Virus record (IMG/VR): IMGVR_UViG_3300044801_000056
Location: 1-53,826 of that record
DNA: 53,826 bases
Source: a virus
Lineage: Duplodnaviria; Caudoviricetes
Direction: 5' to 3' (one strand)
Shown piece after piece: positions 18,195 through 25,493 of the stretch. The translations under genes and the position numbers were made by a program. Position 1 is the stretch's first letter, and the number at the start of each line of letters is the position of its first letter. Under the pieces are notes generated by a model. It did not search any database, was not told the DNA's origin, and saw nothing but the letters and a program-made list of their open reading frames with translations.

Positions 18195-19126
18195 CGCCGC
18201 CATGGATGCCTTGGTATGTTGATGACTACCTCTCAAAAACAAGCCACCTGACGGCCGCCCAACATGGCGCGTATATGCTCCTAATCCTCCGTTATTGGCA
18301 GAAGGGAGGATTGCCAGCGGATGATGCACTACTCTCTGCTATCACCAGGACCACGCCTAAAGAATGGACCTCGATGAAGCCCGTCATCTCCGATTTTTTC
18401 AAAGATGGATGGCGGCATAGCCGGTGCGATGACGAGCTTGCCAAAGCAAAAGAGAAAACGAATCGCCGCCAAGAGGCTGGTTCAAGGGGAGGTTTTGCTA
18501 AAGCTGTAGGTAAGCAAAATCCTAGCATTGCTAGCCCATTGCTAGAGCAAAATCCTAGCAATGCTCTGGCATTGTCTCCTAGCAATGCTCTAGCATCTTC
18601 TTCACAACTCACATCTTTACTTCGTAAAGAATCGGCCAAGCCGAAATTGAGCGACTCCGATTTCAAACGATTTTGGATCGAGATGCCAAAGCGAATCGCG
18701 GAAGACGCAGTGAGGGCGAAGGTCGATTCGATCATCCAATCTAAGCGGGCAACTCTCGAAGAGCTGGTCAGCGGCGCTAAGCGGTTCGCTCAATCCGTTG
18801 CGGAAACGGAGAAAAAATATATAGCTGCGCCAATGCCTTGGCTCAATGGAGGTCGATGGAAGGACGATTTAGATGGATCCGTCGTCGCCTTCGCCAAGCC
18901 AGTTGAGGATGATCCAAAAATTCATGTGGGGGGAGGGTATTACCGGCCGGAAAGCTTTATCCGTGAAGCCATTCTTCAATGGGAGAAAAACCCGAGATCA
19001 TGGCCTGCATACATGGGGCCTTATCCAAACATCGCAAACTGCCGGATCCCGGATAAATTTTTCTCGCAAGAAGTGATCGCTTCCAGGGTTCCGATTCGCG
19101 ATGATGACGATGAAATTTTCGCTTGA
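18191..19126 (+). CDS. YdaU/DUF1376-type replication initiator
   Basis: WMPWYVDDYL..TSHL...HGAYMLLI..YW; C-terminal WLNGGRW; internal iterons. Confidence 0.85.
   Translation: MTPPWMPWYVDDYLSKTSHLTAAQHGAYMLLILRYWQKGGLPADDALLSAITRTTPKEWTSMKPVISDFFKDGWRHSRCDDELAKAKEKTNRRQEAGSRGGFAKAVGKQNPSIASPLLEQNPSNALALSPSNALASSSQLTSLLRKESAKPKLSDSDFKRFWIEMPKRIAEDAVRAKVDSIIQSKRATLEELVSGAKRFAQSVAETEKKYIAAPMPWLNGGRWKDDLDGSVVAFAKPVEDDPKIHVGGGYYRPESFIREAILQWEKNPRSWPAYMGPYPNIANCRIPDKFFSQEVIASRVPIRDDDDEIFA
18513..18595. repeat. Putative replication-origin iterons inside the initiator gene
   Basis: AGCAAAATCCTAGCA(T/A)TGCT at 18513 and 18546, TCCTAGCAATGCT at 18577; lambda O-like placement. Confidence 0.7.
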
Positions 19127-19150
19127 CTGATGTTCGCTAGGTGGTAAGGT
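19123..19150 (+). promoter_or_regulatory. Sigma70-like promoter of the RHH/DUF6745 operon (likely leaderless)
   Basis: TTGACT-N16-TAAGGT with extended TG; ATG follows at 19157. Confidence 0.55.
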
Positions 19151-19156
19151 GGCGTT

Positions 19157-19330
19157 ATGAAATCACATCAACGCCAGTACGTGACCCTCACGGATCCACA
19201 AGCGGTCTTCCTCAAAGAAGAGGCCGCACGGCTTGGGATCAGCGTTTCGGATTTAATCCGTAGGATCGTGGATGCGTACCGGGAAAATCTTCCAGCAAGG
19301 AAAAAATCACATGAAAATTACAAAATATGA
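19157..19330 (+). CDS. Ribbon-helix-helix (CopG-like) regulator (not in the ORF track)
   Basis: MKSHQRQYVTLTDPQAVFLKEEAARLGISVSDLIRRIVD. Confidence 0.75.
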   Translation: MKSHQRQYVTLTDPQAVFLKEEAARLGISVSDLIRRIVDAYRENLPARKKSHENYKI

Positions 19331-19787
19331 TCCAACCCAAGGTCAATGCTTCCAAGGCGATATCATGATCATGCCGCTTCCGGACGGAATTACAATCTCG
19401 ACCATCGATGAAATTAAGATGCGCGGTAATATGCTCGTGCTCGCCGAGGGCGAAGTCACCGGCCATCATCACGCTATCCGCTACGGGCTCGGTGCGGCAG
19501 CTCAATTCCATGACGGCGCGCTGGCCCACAGTCTCGAAACGGTTGCCGCCCCCGCCATCGGAACCGCGAAAATGTACCGCGATCCCGCTGCGCTTGCAGC
19601 TTTGATTCATATGGGAATTTTGACGACAGATGCACTCTGCATTGGTTTTCTTTTTGTCGAAGAAAATTGCCAGCCACTAACCCATGACGAGCACAGTGGG
19701 ATCGAAATCCCTACTCATCTGCATGGGTATTACGTCGGCGCCAAGCGTGAGCAGGACGCCAGCGACACGCGCCTGGTCGCTGATTAG
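19311..19787 (+). CDS. Conserved DUF6745-partner protein, His-rich and probably metal binding
   Basis: FQGDI, VLAEGEVTGHHH, LTHDEH, QRE-like C-terminal motifs. Confidence 0.75.
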   Translation: MKITKYDPTQGQCFQGDIMIMPLPDGITISTIDEIKMRGNMLVLAEGEVTGHHHAIRYGLGAAAQFHDGALAHSLETVAAPAIGTAKMYRDPAALAALIHMGILTTDALCIGFLFVEENCQPLTHDEHSGIEIPTHLHGYYVGAKREQDASDTRLVAD

Positions 19788-19843
19788 CCAAATACCTAAC
19801 CCGTGCTTTAACGCACACACCTCAAACTTATTTGCGAGCCGTC

Positions 19844-21265
19844 ATGGAAATCCGGAAAATCGAAAAGCTATCACCTGAGCAGGAACTTGAACTCGTTTCT
19901 TTCAGGGAGCGTATGTGGAATCAGGGTATATCCTGCGCACCGGCTAACCGTTCCGAAGCAGAAGCCGCTATCAGCGCGGCCTATCGCGAGATAGGTAAAG
20001 CGCCGCCGCGATTTTTTTGGATGTCATCTCCCATGAGTTGCGCGCTTGCCCTGCATGTTTTACAAAAGGCCACAGAAAATGATCCGGCTGACCTGGGGGA
20101 TGGCCTGTGGGAGGGCCTGCGGGAGGGCCTGCGGGATGGCCTGCGGGCTGGCCTGCGGGAGGGCCTGCGGGATGGCCTGCGGGAAGCCATGTGGGATGGC
20201 CTGGGGGAGGGCCTGCGGGAAGCCATGTGGGATGGCCTGCGGGCTGGCCTGCGGGATGGCCTGGGGGGTGGCCTGCGGGAAGCCATGTGGGTTGACCTGG
20301 GGGATGGCCTGGGGGATGGCCTGCGGGATGGCCTGGGGGATGGCCTGCGGGTTGACCTGGGGGATGGCCTGTGGGATGGCCTGCGGGAAGCCATGTGGGC
20401 TGGCCTGGGGGATGGCCTGCGGGATGGCCTGCGGGATGGCCTGGGGGAGGGCCTGCGGGAAGCCCTGTGGGATGGCCTGGGGGATGGCCTGGGGGATGGC
20501 CTGGGGGATAGCCTGTGGGAAGCCCTGTGGGATGGCCTGGGGGAGGCCCTGCGGGAAGCCCTGTGGGATGGCCTGCGGGCTGACCTGCGGGATACCTATT
20601 GGTGGGGCCAGATGGATACCTACTGGGTGGCTTATTACCGTTTTTGTAGCAACCTTGTCACTCAAAACCAAGATTTATTGCGCCGCCTCGAAATTATGGA
20701 ACGAATTTCGTCAGCATGTGGATTTTGGTATCCCCGAGACGGTATTTGTATTGTATCGGATCGCTTTCTAGAAGTGAAATGGGATAATGCAAGAAATCGT
20801 CAAGGGATGCCGACGCGGCTTCATGCTTCGGATGGACCAGCTGTAAAATTCAGAGATACTTGGTCCCTCTATTATTGGCATGGGTTCCGAATTCCCGTAA
20901 CTCATGAGTGGATTATTATTGATCGCAGCAAGATCACGAAGGAAACTATCCTTTCCGAACCCAATACTGAACTGCGCCGAATTATGTGCGAGGTTGCTGG
21001 TTGGCCGCAAGCCATTGCGATGCTCGGAGGTAAGGTCGTCTCTTCGGACGAGCTTCACGGCCAACCTCGTGAGTTGATCGATGTAGAGATTGGCAATAGA
21101 GAAAAGGTTCGCCTCATCAAGCTTATTAATGGAACTGTCGAAGCGGATGGCACTCGTCACAAATTTGTGGAAGGCGTTCCGCTAGACGTAAATACGCCTC
21201 ATGAAGCCGAGGCCTGGGCCTATGGCATTTCACCGGATCATTATCGCGAGGCAGTGCGAACGTGA
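19844..21265 (+). CDS. DUF6745-domain protein with tetrapeptide repeat tract
   Basis: PANRSEAE...WMSSP; WWGQMD; RLH...GPAV.F.D.W..YYWHG; EPNTELRR. Confidence 0.8.
   Translation: MEIRKIEKLSPEQELELVSFRERMWNQGISCAPANRSEAEAAISAAYREIGKAPPRFFWMSSPMSCALALHVLQKATENDPADLGDGLWEGLREGLRDGLRAGLREGLRDGLREAMWDGLGEGLREAMWDGLRAGLRDGLGGGLREAMWVDLGDGLGDGLRDGLGDGLRVDLGDGLWDGLREAMWAGLGDGLRDGLRDGLGEGLREALWDGLGDGLGDGLGDSLWEALWDGLGEALREALWDGLRADLRDTYWWGQMDTYWVAYYRFCSNLVTQNQDLLRRLEIMERISSACGFWYPRDGICIVSDRFLEVKWDNARNRQGMPTRLHASDGPAVKFRDTWSLYYWHGFRIPVTHEWIIIDRSKITKETILSEPNTELRRIMCEVAGWPQAIAMLGGKVVSSDELHGQPRELIDVEIGNREKVRLIKLINGTVEADGTRHKFVEGVPLDVNTPHEAEAWAYGISPDHYREAVRT
20090..20593 (+). repeat. 12-nt tandem repeat array (42 units, GGCCTGCGGGAT-like)
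   Basis: Encodes GLRD/GLGD/GLRE/AMWD/ALWD variants. Confidence 0.95.
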
Positions 21266-21426
21266 ACTACCGGGGGCCAATACCGGGACAACCAGCCGGG
21301 GTGATGATTCGAGTTCCTGATGGGGTTCCCGGTCGGATGGACCGCCTTAGAGCCCTCGGAAACGCCGTGATGCCACAAATCCCGGAAATGATCGGTAGGG
21401 CTATCCTTGCAGATTCCACATTTTAA
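21262..21426 (+). pseudogene. C-terminal remnant of a C5-cytosine DNA methyltransferase
   Basis: RVPDGVPGRMDRLRALGNAVMPQIPEMIGRAI (motif X region); catalytic motifs absent. Confidence 0.7.
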
Positions 21427-21461
21427 CCCGCTTGCGGCATAAAACGGATAGCCGAAGTTTC

Positions 21462-21536
21462 ATGCGGATAGCTCAACGGTTAGAGCCGAGCGCTCATAAC
21501 GCTCTGATGTAGGTTCAACTCCTGCTCTGCATACCA
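21462..21536 (+). tRNA. tRNA-CAT (elongator Met or Ile2)
   Basis: Acceptor ATGCGGA/TCTGCAT, D-arm, anticodon arm GAGCG-CTCATAA-CGCTC, GGTTCAACTCC T-arm, encoded CCA. Confidence 0.9.
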
Positions 21537-21768
21537 AGTTTCCGATGTCTGTCCTGGGTTATCTCTGCTTGTGACCATCTTCTGAGCTAGACAGGCTGTC
21601 AGTGTCGCGAAGTTCGCCAGCGCGGGGCTTTTTTTGCATTTAAATCTGTCGAACCCGCTTGCAGGCTTGGTATCGGTAGATGAAATCAACATGATTGTCG
21701 CACGTGATCTTGTCCCGAATAGGGGGCACGAGATAGAATGAGGTTTACTTTGATTGTTGCTCTGGCGA

Positions 21769-21802
21769 GCGCAAACCCCGTCCTTCAGGTCGGGGATAGC
21801 CC
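21769..21802 (+). mobile_element. IS200/IS605-type end hairpin (orphan)
   Basis: GCGCAAACCCCGTCCTTCAGGTCGGGGATAG. Confidence 0.6.
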
Positions 21803-21856
21803 CATGTTCTTGTATTTCCAGATCTAAATTATTTTCAAAATAATGCGAATTAGCTG

Positions 21857-21885
21857 TTGACACATACGTACAACGGATGTACATT
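21857..21885 (+). promoter_or_regulatory. Strong sigma70-like promoter with inverted-repeat operator
   Basis: TTGACA-N17-TACATT; ACATACGT-ACA-ACGGATGT imperfect palindrome across the spacer. Confidence 0.7.
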
Positions 21886-21909
21886 CAATTATCGAAACGG
21901 AGCAGAACA

Positions 21910-22068
21910 ATGACCTACACCCCATCCAAGCGAGATCTGATCGACCTAGCCATCGAATATGACATGATCAGATCAACCCCAGATTTCTACGAAATGAGCG
22001 AAAAAGCCCAAAGGAAGATTTTGGAAGTCATAAAGAAAATAGCGGACCAATTGGAGTGGGTGGCCTAA
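21910..22068 (+). CDS. Small hypothetical protein
   Basis: GGAG RBS before MTYTPSKRD. Confidence 0.6.
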   Translation: MTYTPSKRDLIDLAIEYDMIRSTPDFYEMSEKAQRKILEVIKKIADQLEWVA

Positions 22069-22106
22069 GGGCCGCTCCCTCTTCTTGCCCGTGATGGAGA
22101 GTGGCA

Positions 22107-22259
22107 ATGGCACCCAAAGATACTCGGATCGGAATCCGCGCATCGACCGATGTTAAATCCAAGGTCGAGGCTCTGGCCGCTCATGACGGGCTTACGGTCT
22201 CGGCATGGCTTATTCGCCAAATCGTGAGGGAACATCGGAAGCTCGCCGCACGAATTTAG
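22107..22259 (+). CDS. Ribbon-helix-helix protein (not in the ORF track)
   Basis: MAPKDTRIGIRASTDVKSKVEALAAHDGLTVSAWLIRQI; GGAG RBS. Confidence 0.7.
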   Translation: MAPKDTRIGIRASTDVKSKVEALAAHDGLTVSAWLIRQIVREHRKLAARI

Positions 22260-22266
22260 GAACGCC

Positions 22267-22302
22267 TGACATCTTCCCCGCACTGAACGACGGGGTTCGC
22301 GC
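22267..22302 (-). mobile_element. IS200/IS605 right-end-like hairpin (orphan)
   Basis: Minus strand GCGCGAACCCCGTCGTTCAGTGCGGGGAAGATGTCA, like tnpB-element right ends. Confidence 0.6.
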
Positions 22303-22359
22303 GGTTTTGGTTGGACCTAGACAGGCTGTAAACCGCCAGAGCGGGCCGGGAAACTAAAA

Positions 22360-22388
22360 TTGCATGGCGTTGGGATTTCTGCTAAGTT
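22360..22388 (+). promoter_or_regulatory. Sigma70-like promoter
   Basis: TTGCAT-N17-TAAGTT with extended TG. Confidence 0.55.
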
Positions 22389-22414
22389 CTATCCATCTTT
22401 AGGGGACTATCATC

Positions 22415-22597
22415 ATGGGGGAACCAATTAACGACCACGCGGCCCAGGCCGTTGCGCAGGGTCATCCCGATGATCGACCGCCTCCTGTAGTTGGCAAAAA
22501 TCTTGCTTCTCCCGTCGTCATTCACGATTTTCGCGCTCCCGCAATCCGGCCGGAGCCTTCGATCAATGATCTTCCGTCTGATGTCGAGGAAAGCTGA
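22415..22597 (+). CDS. Hypothetical protein
   Basis: GGGGA RBS; downstream of the promoter. Confidence 0.45.
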   Translation: MGEPINDHAAQAVAQGHPDDRPPPVVGKNLASPVVIHDFRAPAIRPEPSINDLPSDVEES

Positions 22598-22819
22598 ATG
22601 TTTAAGACGATTGTCCTAATTTGCTCGCTGGCTACGCCGGGGCAGGATTGTGATCAGAAGACCGCAGTCGATATTTTGGAGGTCCAGGATAGCCCCAGCT
22701 CTCAGCGATGCGGATTCCTCGGCCAAAGTCAGATTGCCACTACGTCCGTGGCTCCCGAGCCCGGCAAGCAATATATGAAAATCTTGTGTGTCCGAGAGGC
22801 GCATGCGGCTAAGAAATAA
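22598..22819 (+). CDS. Small Cys-containing, probably exported protein
   Basis: Hydrophobic start MFKTIVLICSLA; four Cys. Confidence 0.6.
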   Translation: MFKTIVLICSLATPGQDCDQKTAVDILEVQDSPSSQRCGFLGQSQIATTSVAPEPGKQYMKILCVREAHAAKK

Positions 22820-22830
22820 GGAGATCAGAA

Positions 22831-23085
22831 ATGCACAATGTTCCCGATCCGTCTGTACCCGATCCCGGCACGCGCCCCGAAGAAGAAAACCTCACGGCAG
22901 ATGAGATCATCGCGAAGTATGGCGCGGATCTCAAGGACGCGGCGATTAGAGAACAAATCCTCGTTGAACTCGTGGATGCGCGCAAGCTGGCCATCGCGGT
23001 GAACCGTAAGCACGACAAGGAGCATGCGGAAGCTGCGGCATGGCTCAGCGCGTACGTGCAACATTTTGGCACTGATGAGGGATAA
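22831..23085 (+). CDS. Hypothetical protein
   Basis: RBS-like GAG upstream; operon packing. Confidence 0.55.
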   Translation: MHNVPDPSVPDPGTRPEEENLTADEIIAKYGADLKDAAIREQILVELVDARKLAIAVNRKHDKEHAEAAAWLSAYVQHFGTDEG

Positions 23086-23321
23086 TCAGAGCTTGCGCAG
23101 TTCTCATTGGCATGCCTCGATTTGATCGAGTGCTTGTTCGAGTCCGGCTATCCGCTCCATCCCCTTGATAAGCGCGGCCATTCCATCAAAAGAATGATGT
23201 ATGCCAGTCCTTCAAAACCAACGCCATGAGCGGTTTGCCCAAGAGCTCGCTAAGGGTAAGACGGCAGCGGGGAGCCTGACGGGTTCTCGTGGCGATCGGC
23301 AGGCGGCTCAAGAGGCAGAAA

Positions 23322-23879
23322 ATGGCAAATAAGCGGGGCGGTCAGCGTCTCAAATCTTTAGTTCCCCGGCAGCCTAATGGCCAGCCTCGACGTCCTACGC
23401 TCAATGACGTAAAACAAGCTGAAAGAGCTGCGCGTATGAAGGAAGTTTCCTTTGTCGCGAATCAGCCCCATCGGCGTGGAGATGACCATCCCATGGCATC
23501 GTCGGCAGTTGGCCGCGTTGTTCGGAGAATTAAAGGTAGCGATGAACTTTTTCAAGCCGCGCAAAAATATGAAAAGTTAAATCGATCTTGGGCTTTAGCG
23601 GTTAATTCCCCTCGTGGATTCGCAAATGAAGATACATTTAACTCCGGAGGGGGCGACGGACCTTCTCAACAAACCATTGATGGCTGGAATCGAAAATTAC
23701 GAGCTTGTGAATACGCCGTATCTGATTTCATTAGTCCCTATATCATGCAAAATCTCATTCTTTTTGATCAAGATCAGCATGTTTCCTTGGATGCCGCTAT
23801 CGGCCGGGCCTTATACGCATTGAGCGTTGAATTTGGGATGTCGATCGATAAACATCCGTTTTTGCAGGCCGCTCAATAG
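23322..23879 (+). CDS. Hypothetical protein, possibly a late-gene regulator
   Basis: Basic N-terminus (RQPNGQPRR); position just upstream of the late promoter and terS. Confidence 0.55.
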   Translation: MANKRGGQRLKSLVPRQPNGQPRRPTLNDVKQAERAARMKEVSFVANQPHRRGDDHPMASSAVGRVVRRIKGSDELFQAAQKYEKLNRSWALAVNSPRGFANEDTFNSGGGDGPSQQTIDGWNRKLRACEYAVSDFISPYIMQNLILFDQDQHVSLDAAIGRALYALSVEFGMSIDKHPFLQAAQ

Positions 23880-23904
23880 TCCTGTGGAAAATGTGAAGAG
23901 GCTA

Positions 23905-23933
23905 TTGTTTCCCAGTCCGGCCTATGGTAAGAC
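23905..23933 (+). promoter_or_regulatory. Putative late promoter
   Basis: TTGTTT-N17-TAAGAC with extended TG, upstream of terS. Confidence 0.35.
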
Positions 23934-24025
23934 CGCAATTGAAACAGAATGAGAAGTTGTGTTCGGGCACTCTCATATCGATTTCCAATCTTTCCCCCAA
24001 TCCGATTAATGAGGCGCTTTCTTAA

Positions 24026-24616
24026 ATGGTTGAGCGCAAGTTCATAGACTGGGAAGCGATCGAGCGGGAATACCGGGCTGGTACAATTTCACTCCGGGCT
24101 ATCGCGACTGCCTATGATATCACAGAAGGTGCAATTCGCAAACGCGCTATTCGTGACGAATGGGTACGCGCACTTGCCGACAAAGTAAGGGCAAATGTCC
24201 GGGAAAAACTAACTCGCCTTGACGGTGCGCAAGACGGTACGCAACCTCAACATACGCGTACCAAAGATGCGGATATTGTTGAAGCTGCTTCTTTGCGAGG
24301 GCTTGAAGTTGTCACGTCCCATCGGCGCGATCTTCAACAGCTTCATGGGTTAAAGCGCATCCTTCTGACTAGGCTTGCGGCGCACTTAAATGGCGAAGAG
24401 CCTGAAGGCCCATTTATGGGAGAGCGTGAATCCCCTGGGGATTTGGTTGAAAAGCTTTCGCGGGTGACAACACGCCTAATCCCACTTGAACGGCAAGCTC
24501 ATAATCTTGACGAGTCGGGTTCCTCTTTAGCAGAAGCCGCCACGACAATTAGTGATGAATCCCGCGCCCGCGCTCTTGCCGCGTTTATGGCACGGACAAA
24601 AGTTTCAGTTGGCTAA
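24026..24616 (+). CDS. terS: Terminase small subunit-like HTH protein
   Basis: DWEAIEREYRAG..SLRAIA..Y.ITEGAIRKRA..DEW. Confidence 0.7.
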   Translation: MVERKFIDWEAIEREYRAGTISLRAIATAYDITEGAIRKRAIRDEWVRALADKVRANVREKLTRLDGAQDGTQPQHTRTKDADIVEAASLRGLEVVTSHRRDLQQLHGLKRILLTRLAAHLNGEEPEGPFMGERESPGDLVEKLSRVTTRLIPLERQAHNLDESGSSLAEAATTISDESRARALAAFMARTKVSVG

Positions 24617-24813
24617 TGAGCATCCTCCCTGCATCCGCGATAGCAACGGGCAAGCGTTCAAAGGCGCTACAAGGTTAGATTCGGTTTCTCATTAGCCTGT
24701 GTCATCTTGGCCGTGAAATCTAACAAGCTATCATTTAACTTTCTGGCGTGACGGCCGCCCATCGCCCGTTTTCTTCGCTGGCACGCCAGCTTCTACATCT
24801 CGGAGACTATGAT

Positions 24814-25452
24814 ATGAACAAGCTCAAGATCGGGCTGCTTGCGTTTACCTTGGCGATGGCTCCTATTGCGGCCTCTGCGGCTGGCAACTGGGCAGACTGG
24901 CCCGGTATTGGTCAAACGTCCTATTGCGCGGCAATCGTTGGATCGAGCAACGTCCAGGGCGGCCAGACCGGTCAGGGCACGGGCGGCGCGGCAGCGATCG
25001 GCACCAATGGGGTCTATTGCGCTCAGACGGTTCCGGCTGGTCCGGCTCTTTTCACGGGGACGGAGGTTCTTCCTCTCGACCTCTATTCGTTCGGAACTGT
25101 TACCGGCGTTCCTACCACTTCGGCTTTGGCGAGCATCGTCCAGCTCGGGCAAGGGCCGATGGTCGATCAAACGACCGTTGGAACAACGCAAACGATCCCG
25201 AACAACACTCCCTTCTTTTTCCTAGACGGCGCGCAGAGTTCGGGGTTGACGGTCACAATGCCAGCTTTGGCGGTTGAGGGCCAGATTCAGCGCGTGGTTT
25301 GTGAAGCGGCAACTGTCGGCACGTTGACGGTCGCAGCGAATACGTCGGTGGTTACTCAGGTGTTGAAGGGAAATCCGAATACGGCTTGTGTGGCTGGCGT
25401 CGGGTATGCTTGGCGGTATCAGGGTTCTAATCTTACCTGGTACCGTTTTTGA
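24814..25452 (+). CDS. Signal-peptide-bearing virion-accessory-like protein
   Basis: GGAG RBS; MNKLKIGLLAFTLAMAPIAASAA; beta-rich body ending in TWYRF. Confidence 0.65.
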   Translation: MNKLKIGLLAFTLAMAPIAASAAGNWADWPGIGQTSYCAAIVGSSNVQGGQTGQGTGGAAAIGTNGVYCAQTVPAGPALFTGTEVLPLDLYSFGTVTGVPTTSALASIVQLGQGPMVDQTTVGTTQTIPNNTPFFFLDGAQSSGLTVTMPALAVEGQIQRVVCEAATVGTLTVAANTSVVTQVLKGNPNTACVAGVGYAWRYQGSNLTWYRF

Positions 25453-25493
25453 AGTTTTGGTCTAAGTACGTGATTAGAGCGGAGATTTAACCC

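Noticed and set aside
10993-20593. Both coding repeat arrays measure 504 nt (56x9 and 42x12)
   Set aside because: This depends on where boundaries are drawn and there is no mechanism linking them; treated as coincidence.
19981-20771. Alternative-frame ORFs over the 12-nt array (MACG, PQAI and RRPS repeats)
   Set aside because: Shadow ORFs of the tandem repeat inside the DUF6745 gene.
21462-21536. tRNA 3' end as an attP core
   Set aside because: No integrase in the window and no duplicated tRNA fragment seen.
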